From NCBI GenBank assembly GCA_963675295.2, contig CAXXKJ010000002.1, forward strand, positions 224,001 to 288,000: a DNA stretch of 64,000 bases, written 5' to 3'. This stretch comes from a bacterium. Lineage in GTDB: Bacteria > Electryoneota > Electryoneia > Electryoneales > Electryoneaceae. Positions within the stretch are counted from its first letter, which is position 1. Each line of letters begins with the position of its first letter. A program made the position numbers and the translations under genes. Below, one piece after another: positions 19,056 to 28,568 of the stretch. Under the pieces are notes generated by a model. It was not told where the DNA came from. It did no database searches and was given only the letters and a program-made list of their open reading frames with translations.

Positions 19056-19088
19056 AACGCAGAATTCTCACAAGGATTCTGCGTTTTA
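19056..19088 (+). terminator. Hairpin terminator after the methyltransferase
   Basis: AACGCAGAATTCT/AGGATTCTGCGTT followed by TT. Confidence 0.6.
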
Positions 19089-19469
19089 TGCATATAGGGT
19101 GGAATTTTACCCGATTCTTCTCATTTCGTCTCACTTTTCGCTAAAATTACAAAATACGATAACTCATTTTCACGAGAATCAGCGTTTTTCAAAATCCAAA
19201 ATGGTGATATGAGTAGAAGTCTGTGAAACGTAAGTCTCATCAGGGCTTGCGAGAATCGGAATTTGCTCACTGACGTCTCATTTGGGGATTTATCACAAAA
19301 TTCGGAGAATTTAGATGTTGGTTCTGATGGGGTTTGCATTCGCCTCGGTATTATTTACATTTCACTTCCAAGAGATTGTCCGAGGTAGGTCATATTTGCC
19401 CTGAGGGGGGATTCGACTACGGAGACCCTGAGCAACAAGAGAATCGCCGGTAACGACGGGATAAGTCGT

Positions 19470-20789
19470 TTGAAATACCGAGCATCCGCACGCTTTACGC
19501 GGCTCAGGGACCTCTCTCGCCTGTTGGCGCTGTTTCTTCTCATTCTTCTCATTGAGCCGGTCAAGGTCTTTGGTTTTCCGGCGTATCACACGATTTCGAG
19601 GTTTCACGCAGCAGTCTCTGAGTTGTCAGCGGCCGGCCGGATCGTTCCTGGCGAGGGAGATGATCGGACCGTTGGAGCGGTTGTTGCTGCGCCCGCGAAT
19701 GTTGGCGAAACGGCGTTTCCTTCGCTGAACGAACGTGCTGAAGCTCTACTCCATGATCGCCTGCCGATTCACGAGCCCAACCCTCATGTGTTGTTGGACA
19801 CTCGTGCGACGACGGATTCGGATGCCGTGTACGCGGTCTATCCGATTCAATTTGCCCGTCGTCAGTTGGCCGGATTCAATGCCGGGCCCGTGTTGACGCA
19901 GGCGATTCAGGACACCGCCCAGTATGGATCGGGTTGGCTGGTGACGTTGATGGTGCTGGGTACGCTGATTCTGCTGACGCTACTGCTGCGCGCCTACACC
20001 TCGCAACGCAGTGCCGCGAAGCTGGAACGGCTGGTGCAGGAACGCACCCGTCAACTTGAGGAATCAACCGAACAGGTCCGTTCGCTGGTGCACAACGCGG
20101 TGGTCGGCATCTTCCGCGCGACCGGGGACGGTCGCATTGTCACCACAAATCCGGCGCTGGCGAAGATCCTCTGCTGTACGCGGGAGGGGGAAATTCTGAA
20201 TCGTAACCTGCGGAATGACATTTTTGTTGACCCCGCGGCGTGGGATGAAATCAAGGCGTTGAAGGACACCGACGGTTGGATCGAGGGCGTCGAATCGAAG
20301 TGGATGCGGTGTGACGGCGAAACCGCGACGGTCCGGTTGAGTGGACGTTGGGTCAAGCGTGGCGACGACGAACCGGTCTGCGAGCTGATTGTCGAGGACA
20401 TTACGGCGTTGCTGAACGCCCGGGTCGCAGAGATCGAGGCGGAGCGGCTGCGTGGTGTGCAGAAGCTGGCAATCGCGGTCGCGCATGAGTTCAACAACCC
20501 GCTCAGCATCCTGCTTGGCACGTATCAGCTGTACCTCGAGCCGAACCTGCAGAATTTCGATCCGGACGTGCAGGACCGGCTGAATCGTATGCCGCAGACG
20601 GTCTCACGCATGCGGGACCTCGTCAACCGATTGTTGCGGATCTCGAAATTGCGTGAGGACGAATACCTGCACGGCGTGTCATACCTGAACCTGGTGCAGT
20701 CAGCGGACGAAAACGAAGAGCTGGCGCCGGTCGATGATTCGGAAGCGGTGTTCAGCGGAATCGGCGGCTCGCGGTTAAACGGCCCCTAG
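19470..20789 (+). CDS. Membrane PAS + HisKA phospho-acceptor protein lacking the HATPase domain
   Basis: Two hydrophobic segments, a coiled-coil LVQERTRQL, a PAS domain (NAVVGIF...NPALAKIL...VEDIT) and H-box AHEFNNPL. No N/G1/G2 boxes. Start is uncertain (TTG). Confidence 0.8.
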   Translation: MKYRASARFTRLRDLSRLLALFLLILLIEPVKVFGFPAYHTISRFHAAVSELSAAGRIVPGEGDDRTVGAVVAAPANVGETAFPSLNERAEALLHDRLPIHEPNPHVLLDTRATTDSDAVYAVYPIQFARRQLAGFNAGPVLTQAIQDTAQYGSGWLVTLMVLGTLILLTLLLRAYTSQRSAAKLERLVQERTRQLEESTEQVRSLVHNAVVGIFRATGDGRIVTTNPALAKILCCTREGEILNRNLRNDIFVDPAAWDEIKALKDTDGWIEGVESKWMRCDGETATVRLSGRWVKRGDDEPVCELIVEDITALLNARVAEIEAERLRGVQKLAIAVAHEFNNPLSILLGTYQLYLEPNLQNFDPDVQDRLNRMPQTVSRMRDLVNRLLRISKLREDEYLHGVSYLNLVQSADENEELAPVDDSEAVFSGIGGSRLNGP

Positions 20790-20925
20790 CAGCTGCAGGC
20801 GTTCCACCTGTTGGCTTAACACAGGAAGCACGACAGACAGATTCACGATCTCCGCAACGGTTGCCCGTTGCGTACAACAACCTCTTGGCGCGTAATCTCT
20901 CTCCTGGGTATGTGGCGCTGAGGTG

Positions 20926-20958
20926 GCCCGGCCGATGACCTCCGGCCGGGTTTTTCTT
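20926..20958 (+). terminator. Intrinsic terminator
   Basis: GCCCGGCCG/CGGCCGGGT followed by TTTTCTTT. Confidence 0.75.
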
Positions 20959-20960
20959 TG

Positions 20961-21011
20961 CCTGGTGCCCGTGATTGTCCACCGGTCGGTTTTGGCTGCT
21001 ATCACGGGTCA
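20961..21011. repeat. CCTGGTGCCCGTGATT hairpin repeat family, copy 1
   Basis: Matches 60440-60515 and 63839-63914. Stem CCCGTGAT/ATCACGGG. Confidence 0.7.
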
Positions 21012-21240
21012 GCTATTGGATTGATCACATCCCGTATTCGACAACTAGAACCGCCAAATGTCCCTTTGCAGGAATCCGTCTCGCCCTCTGAGCGCGCAGG
21101 GTTCGGGTTACCTATCTTAGCGGATACGAAGCTTCACGCACGTGCCCCAGCTGGCTCCGCCAGTGGGGCTGATCGAGACAACACCAGTCCCGGCGAATCA
21201 TCCAACTGTCCGGCACCCAAACACACGGTAACTGATACCC

Positions 21241-22047
21241 ATGCGTCCGATTTTTCCCGATTCCGATAGCGTTGTCCTGTTCACCGGCAATTACGGCTCC
21301 GGCAAAACCGAGGTCTCGGTCAATGTCGCGACGGCGTTGGCGCGGTACGGCGGCGTCAAGGTGACCATCGCCGACCTCGACCTAGTGAATCCGTATTTTC
21401 GCAGCCGGGAAGCGCGTGGTCCGATGGAAGAGCTGGGCGTGAAGGTTGTCGCGCCGGCGGGTGACATGCACAACGCCGACCTGCCGATTCTGCTGCCGGA
21501 AGTACGCGGCGCGGTGGCAAATCCGGATGGCTTCACATTGCTCGACGTCGGCGGCGACAATGTCGGCGCGACGGTGTTATCCTCGCTGGTGCCGACGTTC
21601 AACGCACGCGGCTACGCGATGCATTTCGTGCTGAACAAGAACCGGCCGTTCACGGACACGGTTGACGGCGCGATGCGTCTGATGGACGAAATCGAGGCCG
21701 CCAGCAAGTTGAAAGTCACCCACATCACCGGCAACACCCACCTGATGGAAGACACGACGGTCGCGATGGCGCAGGAAGGTGCGGCCTTCTGTGCGGAAGC
21801 GGCGGAACGTCGCGGCGTCGACCCCGGTTTTGTTACGTGCCCGGCCACCGAACTGGTCAAGGCGAAGCTGCTCGACCCGGAACAGGCGCGGCAGGTTAAA
21901 GGTCTGCTCGACCTGGACGGCTTCTCCGGCATTCCGGTACTGCCGTTGAAACGCATCATGCTGCCGCCGTGGCTCGGTGGTCCGGCTCCCGGCTCGATGG
22001 CAACCCACTCCCGCGACCGGTTCTCCCAGCTGACCGGCAAAGGCTAA
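21241..22047 (+). CDS. P-loop ATP-binding protein (MinD/CbiA-like SIMIBI family)
   Basis: GNYGSGKTE, ADLDLVNPYFRSRE, ADLP, LDVGGD and NRPFT. Confidence 0.8.
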   Translation: MRPIFPDSDSVVLFTGNYGSGKTEVSVNVATALARYGGVKVTIADLDLVNPYFRSREARGPMEELGVKVVAPAGDMHNADLPILLPEVRGAVANPDGFTLLDVGGDNVGATVLSSLVPTFNARGYAMHFVLNKNRPFTDTVDGAMRLMDEIEAASKLKVTHITGNTHLMEDTTVAMAQEGAAFCAEAAERRGVDPGFVTCPATELVKAKLLDPEQARQVKGLLDLDGFSGIPVLPLKRIMLPPWLGGPAPGSMATHSRDRFSQLTGKG

Positions 22048-22230
22048 CCCCCGCCCACCCCGTCGTCGAGCGCCTTCACCCCGATGGCACAATTCCTCAC
22101 GTTCGAACGGAATCCGTCAGCGGTTGGGGCTCACTGGCTCCGTATTTGTACTCCGGCAGGTTGTTTGCAAGAAGGATGTTGAGTGCGTGAACGAACCGGA
22201 TTTCCCGCCCCCGCTCGGGAGTTCGGCGAG

Positions 22231-22296
22231 AATTTGACACTCAATTTGACACTGTCGTTGTGAAATCGGGCTGAATCATGTAAACTCCCTGTCAAG
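22231..22296. promoter_or_regulatory. Repeated TTGACA-type operator array upstream of the membrane bEBP gene
   Basis: AATTTGACACT twice in direct repeat (22231, 22243), then inverted TGTAAA and TGTCAA. Confidence 0.4.
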
Positions 22297-22319
22297 CTTT
22301 TCCGTCGGCAGGGGGTGGG

Positions 22320-25300
22320 GTGAAAGTCAGGCTGGCGAAACGTTCGACATGGATTCTCGTGGCGGGGCTGGTGTTGCAGGCTGCCGCGCTGCTGGTGTAT
22401 CAGGGGTTTCACGACCGCCTTGTGCGCAGGGACACCCGAGGTTACCCCTATGTCGCGAAGCTGGAATTCACCCGTTCGGACGACTACAGCATCCTGACCA
22501 ACCTGCATTTCCTTTCTCCAGATACTGCTCACACCGCGTTTCTCTACCTGTGGTATGGCCGTACCGAGTTCGAACTGCGTGATGCCGCGTGGGAGGTTAC
22601 CGACCAGTATCACCTGCCGGGAAATGTGTGCCTGAGTCCGGGCCCCGGATTCGCGGATGTGGACGGCGACGGTTTGCACGAACTGCTGTATCTTCGCTTT
22701 TGGCCTGTGGAAGCGCTCACCAGCCAGCACACTACCAGCATTGACAGCGTTTGGCTGTGCGCGTATGGAGCGGACCGGGAAGAGGTGGTGCTGGAACGTT
22801 TGACCCCGGAGACGATGGCCGAGTTGTTCGACGCGCCAGCTGGTGCGGATGTGGTCAGCATCCATACCAACATGAACACTTCCAACCATGAGATCGCGCG
22901 GGAAGATGTATCCCCCTGTTTCGCGATCCACCTCAACCTGGAATACATCCCGCTCGATTACCGGCGGGCTGTGCTGGTGTATGAAAAGGGTAAAACTCCA
23001 CGCCGGACCTCTGTCTTCCACACCGCGAACATTTCCTCGCCCGGAATCTGGTCAACGCTGGACAACGGGCAGGTGGTGTATACGTTTGCCAGCAGTCCAC
23101 CGGCGAACGGCATCACGGTGCAAACCCGGCTGGATGACGGCAGCCTGGTTAAGTTGGTGGACGACCGGCTGCGCGCGATGCAAATCGACCCCTCCGGCCA
23201 CATCAACTGGATCCGGGAGTTCGGACCTGGAGGTGGTGGCACGCGGATCTTTCCGTCACCTGTCAAATCCGACCACCTGGTTGTGGTGGCAATCCGCAGT
23301 GCATTTACCGACATGCCCAGCGTGCTGGCGACAGAGCTGCGTTTGCAGGGCGGCATGGTAACCGACTCCATGCGCTGGTCCAACATGATGTTCCAGTCGT
23401 TTGTCGGTCCAGCAGTCCGCGACGGCTATTTTGGCAAGATCATCACGGATCCAAAGACCTCTATCATCCTCAAAAACCAACCCTCGTCGGCTTATTCAAT
23501 CCCGGTGGAATCGTCGCTGTACAGTGGCAGGGTTGAACTGTTCAAGATTGACGGCCGAACGGTGTTTGTGAACGCCCTTGGGTCGGAAACGATCCAGATT
23601 GTCGACGTGGACAATGGCGATGTGCTCAGCGTGCTGAACGGTCCATATCGTGTAGTGACAACAACCACAACGGGTGAAGCCGCCGCCTTGTCCGAGCGGC
23701 TGATCGTGTCGGATGGCGAACGGTATTCTGTGTTCACGTTCACGGAAAACCCGTTCGCGTTCTGGCGATTCTGGCATCACCGCTGGCTAATGGTGTTCTT
23801 GATCGTGCCGTTATTGCTGGTGGCGCTGGTACTTCTGGTCTCAGAAATACGTTACCGCCGGCGTGAGGAGAAACAGCAGCTGGAACAACGCATCAATGAG
23901 CTCAGCGACTCGTTGCAGACAACTGAAACCGAACGGAACACGGCTCGATCCCAGCAGGCATCGGACAAGCAGCGCGCGGATGAATTGCAGGCGGAAGTAC
24001 GGCGGGTTCGCGAGGATCAGTCACAAGCGCAAGCCCAGTATCAACAGAACGAACACCGCCTGCGGTTGCTCGTGGCACAGTTTACCTCGCTTTTGAACTC
24101 TGTCGAGGAAGGCCTGGCGGAAATCGACCAGCGTGGCATCATTCTGCAGGCCAACGAAGCATTTGCACGGACATGCGGCATGGCGCTCTCGTCCGTGACC
24201 GGCCAGCCAGCGTACCAAGTGTTCGGGATCACCAATCAATCGCTGCAGTCGTGGTTCACCGCTCATGAAGACCAGCCGCGGTTTTCCAGTTCGCTGGATG
24301 TTGATGTGGATGTGCAGGACCCACAGAGCGGAACCACGCTACGCAAACATCTGCACCTGCTGCAGCACCCGTTTCCCGGCGTGGACGGCAACCACCGTCT
24401 GTTGGTAATTCAACGCGCGGTGGCGGTCGAACCGGTGGTGGAGGCGAACACGCCCATCGCCCGTTTCGGCGGCATGATTACCTGTTCACCGTTGATGATA
24501 CGCGCGTTCGAGGAATTGCAGCATGCGTTGGACGAAAGCTTTCCGGCGCTGGTGATAGGCGAAAACGGTACCGGCAAAACGCAGCTTGTCCAGGGCTTGC
24601 GTGAGCTGTGCATTCAACGCAAAGTGCCATTCGTTGAACACAGCCCCGTCGCCTCCCCGGCCAACCTGTTGGAAGGCACATTGTTTGGCACACGGCGCGG
24701 CTCGTTCACCAGCGCCATTGATACACCAGGTTTGTTCAAGACGGCGGACGGTGGAATTCTGTTTCTGGATGAGATCGGCGAACTCCCCCTCGAGCTGCAG
24801 GTCAAATTGCTGAAAGCCACCGATCGCAACCCGGTCGAGATCATGCCGGTGGGAGCGTCAAAACCTGTAAAAGTTGACGTCAAATTGATCACCGCGACCA
24901 ACCGTGATTTGACAGATCTGGTTGCGCAGAAAACCTTCCAGGAGGATTTGTACTATCGTCTCTCAGGGCGTGTCATCCGGATTCCGGCGTTGCGTGACCG
25001 CCCCGAGGACGTTCCACTCCTGGTCGAACACTTTCTCGGACAGTGGCGTAAATCCAGTGGTAATAAGGAAATGCGCATTGATGACCACACGTTGAACCTG
25101 CTCATGCGGATGGACTGGCCGGGGAATGTGCGTCAACTCGAGCGTATGATCATGGTCGCGGCGACAAAAGCACGAGGAAACGTGCTGCATATCGACGAAC
25201 AGGAGATTGTCTCCGCAACGCATCAGAACGGAAACGGCAGTGCATCCACGAACGGCAGCTCCACCGAAACGCCTGTCCACAAGCCGAAAACCACAGAGCG

Positions 25301-25448
25301 CAGACGTCCTGGCAAGCCCTCTCGCGACGAGTTGCTCGCAGCCCTGGAGGCGCATGAGTACAACATCTCGAGCGTCGCCAAATCCTTCGGCTTTACCCGC
25401 CAGACGGTCCACAACTGGATGAATTCCTACGGGATCAAACGGTCCTGA
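22320..25448 (+). CDS. Transmembrane sigma54-dependent enhancer-binding protein (extracytoplasmic domain-TM-coiled coil-PAS-AAA+-Fis HTH)
   Basis: Two TM segments flanking ~460 aa. Walker A GENGTGKT, GSFTSA loop, LFLDEIGE, TATNRDL, DLYYRL, WPGNVRQL, and a C-terminal HTH. Confidence 0.88.
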   Translation: MKVRLAKRSTWILVAGLVLQAAALLVYQGFHDRLVRRDTRGYPYVAKLEFTRSDDYSILTNLHFLSPDTAHTAFLYLWYGRTEFELRDAAWEVTDQYHLPGNVCLSPGPGFADVDGDGLHELLYLRFWPVEALTSQHTTSIDSVWLCAYGADREEVVLERLTPETMAELFDAPAGADVVSIHTNMNTSNHEIAREDVSPCFAIHLNLEYIPLDYRRAVLVYEKGKTPRRTSVFHTANISSPGIWSTLDNGQVVYTFASSPPANGITVQTRLDDGSLVKLVDDRLRAMQIDPSGHINWIREFGPGGGGTRIFPSPVKSDHLVVVAIRSAFTDMPSVLATELRLQGGMVTDSMRWSNMMFQSFVGPAVRDGYFGKIITDPKTSIILKNQPSSAYSIPVESSLYSGRVELFKIDGRTVFVNALGSETIQIVDVDNGDVLSVLNGPYRVVTTTTTGEAAALSERLIVSDGERYSVFTFTENPFAFWRFWHHRWLMVFLIVPLLLVALVLLVSEIRYRRREEKQQLEQRINELSDSLQTTETERNTARSQQASDKQRADELQAEVRRVREDQSQAQAQYQQNEHRLRLLVAQFTSLLNSVEEGLAEIDQRGIILQANEAFARTCGMALSSVTGQPAYQVFGITNQSLQSWFTAHEDQPRFSSSLDVDVDVQDPQSGTTLRKHLHLLQHPFPGVDGNHRLLVIQRAVAVEPVVEANTPIARFGGMITCSPLMIRAFEELQHALDESFPALVIGENGTGKTQLVQGLRELCIQRKVPFVEHSPVASPANLLEGTLFGTRRGSFTSAIDTPGLFKTADGGILFLDEIGELPLELQVKLLKATDRNPVEIMPVGASKPVKVDVKLITATNRDLTDLVAQKTFQEDLYYRLSGRVIRIPALRDRPEDVPLLVEHFLGQWRKSSGNKEMRIDDHTLNLLMRMDWPGNVRQLERMIMVAATKARGNVLHIDEQEIVSATHQNGNGSASTNGSSTETPVHKPKTTERRRPGKPSRDELLAALEAHEYNISSVAKSFGFTRQTVHNWMNSYGIKRS

Positions 25449-25467
25449 CTCCTGTTTTTCCACAGAG

Positions 25468-25483
25468 TTGGCACAGCCCTTGC
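25468..25483 (+). promoter_or_regulatory. sigma54 (-24/-12) promoter
   Basis: TTGGCAC-AGCCC-TTGC is an exact match to TGGCAC-N5-TTGC, 20 nt after the bEBP stop. Confidence 0.75.
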
Positions 25484-25494
25484 CTTCAACTTGG

Positions 25495-25706
25495 CTGAAT
25501 TGTCAGGCATGGGGTCTGTTTTTACACTCATCAACGTGAGTTTATCGCGCTTTCCAATCAGGGCTATCCGCTATTTCGCCGATCCGCGCCCAATCAAAAG
25601 GCGATCAGCCAATGAGCCATGACACGCGTTGGGATGGGGGGTGAGCTTGTCCTCGTTATCGTCTGCCCGGTAAACCGAGGATGGTGTTGATCCCCCCTCT
25701 CTTTTT
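25495..25706 (+). ncRNA. Candidate sigma54-dependent small RNA (or small-peptide mRNA)
   Basis: Lies between the sigma54 promoter and a ~70-nt hairpin (25631-25701) followed by TTTTT. Contains only a 37-codon ORF without a clear RBS. Confidence 0.4.
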
Positions 25707-25859
25707 GTTGTGATCCGGAATGTGGTTGGGAGGGGAAACGGCTCCGGCTTGTGCCGGAGTAGTTTTTGCATTCCCTTGTGAACATTTTTTCAGTATATTG
25801 CCGCCACAGGAAACATGGGAAACCTGCCCGCCGCCACGGGCACTCAGGGGGAATTCACG

Positions 25860-26642
25860 ATGGCCAGCCGGTACGCCAGCGAGGTTCGAACGTTTTGTCG
25901 CGCAAACGCAGATACGGATGTCGCAGCGAAGTATGGCCGTTTCTTCGTTGAAGGGTATGACCCGTGGGGCGTGGAGTCCAAGCTGGTCGAGAAGCAGCGT
26001 CAGCAGTGGCTGGCCGACTGGTCTGAGGAGCTGGATCTGGCCGGTTGGCTTACGCTCGCGGATGAACTTATTGCGGGCGAGAAATACGAGGAAATCAGTT
26101 TCGGGATCAGCTTTGCGGCCGCGCAGCGGGAGCGGTTTGATGACAGCGTCCTCCCCCACGTTACCGGCTGGCTGGAGCGTGGTTGTGTGCGCAACTGGGC
26201 GCATGCGGATGTCCTCGCCTGCAGCCTGATCCAGGCGTTGTTGCTCGACGGGCACAATGCTCTCGCCGATCTGGAATCATGGAGAGCGGCGTCGGACAAA
26301 TACCAGCGCCGTGTCGCGGCGACATCCGCGATGGCGTTGCTCGAAGGCGTGATGATCAACGCCGGCGGGCGTCCTGTTGGCGACAAATTCCCTGAGCGTG
26401 CTGTGTCGATCAGTGAGTTGCTGGCGTACATGCTGCCGCTGGTTGGCGACGAGATCAAGCAGGTGCAGCAGGGTGTCGGCTGGTTCCTGAAGAAGGCGTG
26501 GGAGGCCTTCCCGGACGATACCGAAGCCTGGCTGTTGGTCCACAAGCACGAGATCAAGCCGCTGGTGATGCGCACCGCAATCGAAAAGATACCGAAAGAC
26601 CGCAAGCCCGCGTTTCGGATAGCCCGCAAGAAATCCCGCTGA
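25860..26642 (+). CDS. DNA alkylation repair protein (AlkD-like HEAT-repeat family)
   Basis: KYEE, VRNWAHAD.L, W..ASDKYQRR, VQQGVGWFLK and MRTAIEK. Confidence 0.8.
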   Translation: MASRYASEVRTFCRANADTDVAAKYGRFFVEGYDPWGVESKLVEKQRQQWLADWSEELDLAGWLTLADELIAGEKYEEISFGISFAAAQRERFDDSVLPHVTGWLERGCVRNWAHADVLACSLIQALLLDGHNALADLESWRAASDKYQRRVAATSAMALLEGVMINAGGRPVGDKFPERAVSISELLAYMLPLVGDEIKQVQQGVGWFLKKAWEAFPDDTEAWLLVHKHEIKPLVMRTAIEKIPKDRKPAFRIARKKSR

Positions 26643-26765
26643 GCGCCGGCCCCCTCCTCCCGAGCTTCATTCACCCGAAGACCGCTGTGGTTCGCCGCTT
26701 GTATGGTTAGGTAATCTTAACTCTACATTGGGGGACGAACCATTGCATACTGAGCGGGAGAAATC

Positions 26766-28481
26766 ATGAAGCGTATCATCTTAAGTGTGGCGTTGCTCGT
26801 CTGCCTGAGCGGAATTCCGCAGGCGTGGGCGGGCTGGAGTGAGATCACCATCGGAACCACGGCGAACCTGACGCACGTCAGCTACCCCACCGCGACGGAC
26901 GCGTGGGCCTGTGACGACACGGGCGGCATCTGGCACACCGCGGATGGTGGTTGGACATGGACACAGCAAGCCGATTTTCCGGGCAATACGTTGACCAGCA
27001 TCGAGTTCGCGAACGATCAGTTCGGTACGGCGTGCAGCCGTGAAGGGCGAATCTTCGCGACGACGGATGGTGGCACGACCTGGACCCAGGTGCTGGACGG
27101 CGCGGATCAGCTGTACGAGGACGTGCACACCGTACCCGGAAGCCTGACCTCGTATGTCGGCGGGCAGGCGTCCAACGATATGGCGACGTTGCGGTTCACC
27201 ACGGACGGCTGGGCGACCCATTCCGCCGTCACGTTTCACGTGCTGCACGGCATCGACGCGCACCTCGGCAAGGTCTGGGTGGTTGAAAATCCGGCGCCCG
27301 GAACGCTGGTCGTCAACACGGAATGCACCGAGGACGGCACCTTCGGCAGCCAGACGTCGGACGATGGCGGCTTCACCTGGCAGGTGAATATCGTCGGCTC
27401 GCCACGCTACAACGATCTCGATTTCTACGACGATGTGTACGGCCTGATTGTGCAGGATGATGGCAATCTGTTCTGGACGATTTTCGGCCACTACATCTAC
27501 GGGTTCCAGTGGGCGACCGAGGGCAAGCCCTACGCGCCGGACGGTCCGGGATTGAACGGTGTATCGTGGGGGAATGCGGACAACGCGTGGGTCGCGGGTG
27601 ACTTTGGCACGATTGCTCATTCGGACGGCGGCGGCGCCTACAACACGTGGGACTACGAAGCCAGCCACTCGTTGCACAACCTGAACGATGTGGACATGGT
27701 TGATGAAACCACGGGAATCATTGTCGGGAATCGCGGCCGGGTATTTGTCTACGAAACCGCTTCCGATCCGGCGACACTGACCTTGACGCCGTACGGCGGT
27801 TTCGACACAATTCCGGCCGAGGGAGGAACGTTACAGTTTGACGCAACCTTTGCCAGCACCCTCGGCAGCACCATTCCCGGCCTGCGCTTCTGGACCACGA
27901 TCACCAGCAGCAGTGATCAGGTTTACGGCCCGCTGTTCAGCCAGAATTTTACTCACACGCCGTTCATGAACGTCACCGTGACCAATTTGACGCAGGACGT
28001 TCCCGGCACCGCGCCAGCAGGGATCTACATCCTTAAGGGGCATGTGGGCTTCTATCCGAATCCGGCGGTCACCGGCAGTTTCGTGTTCGAAAAGCTGGCG
28101 GCGTCGAGCACGGAGGGTGTGGCATCCGAAACCGAACCGAATTCCGTAGATGATTGGGCCGCAGGTGGGACCTTCCTCGCAGGTGAACCGGTGGAAGCGG
28201 ATGACGCTCAGCCGGCTGACTATGCCTTGAGCGCGGCGTATCCGAACCCGTTCAACCCTAGCACGGCGCTGACGGTTAGCCTGCCGGACGCCGGTCAATT
28301 GACGGTGCAGGTGTTCGACATTCAGGGCCGCCTGGTTGCAACCCTGGCGCAGGGTCAGCACGCCGCCGGGCAGCACCTGCTGACCTTCGACGCGTCCGGC
28401 CTCGCCAGCGGGATTTATTTCGTCCATGCCGAGGTATCGGGCCGGATGAACGCGATCCGCAAACTGACGCTGCTGAAGTAG
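26766..28481 (+). CDS. YCF48-like/BNR beta-propeller secreted protein with pre-CTD domain and T9SS-like CTD
   Basis: Signal peptide, repeated T/S-x-DGG-x-TW Asp boxes, and YPNPFNP. Confidence 0.88.
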   Translation: MKRIILSVALLVCLSGIPQAWAGWSEITIGTTANLTHVSYPTATDAWACDDTGGIWHTADGGWTWTQQADFPGNTLTSIEFANDQFGTACSREGRIFATTDGGTTWTQVLDGADQLYEDVHTVPGSLTSYVGGQASNDMATLRFTTDGWATHSAVTFHVLHGIDAHLGKVWVVENPAPGTLVVNTECTEDGTFGSQTSDDGGFTWQVNIVGSPRYNDLDFYDDVYGLIVQDDGNLFWTIFGHYIYGFQWATEGKPYAPDGPGLNGVSWGNADNAWVAGDFGTIAHSDGGGAYNTWDYEASHSLHNLNDVDMVDETTGIIVGNRGRVFVYETASDPATLTLTPYGGFDTIPAEGGTLQFDATFASTLGSTIPGLRFWTTITSSSDQVYGPLFSQNFTHTPFMNVTVTNLTQDVPGTAPAGIYILKGHVGFYPNPAVTGSFVFEKLAASSTEGVASETEPNSVDDWAAGGTFLAGEPVEADDAQPADYALSAAYPNPFNPSTALTVSLPDAGQLTVQVFDIQGRLVATLAQGQHAAGQHLLTFDASGLASGIYFVHAEVSGRMNAIRKLTLLK

Positions 28482-28505
28482 TCAAGCGTTCATGGTCAAT
28501 CAAGA

Positions 28506-28540
28506 AGGGGACGCCCACGAATACATGGCGTCCCCTCTTT
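28506..28540. terminator. Bidirectional terminator between convergent genes
   Basis: AGGGGACGCC/GGCGTCCCCT with an A-rich left flank and a T-rich right flank. Confidence 0.75.
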
Positions 28541-28568
28541 GCTCCGTCTGCCGAAGTTGATCTCGCCG

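Noticed and set aside
26730-26748. GG-N10-GC sigma54-like motifs at 26733 and 25755
   Set aside because: Poor -24 element. At 26733 the start site would fall on the RBS.
26766-28481. YCF48 similarity as a sign of photosynthesis
   Set aside because: Generic Asp-box propeller with a secretion CTD. No photosynthesis genes are in the window.
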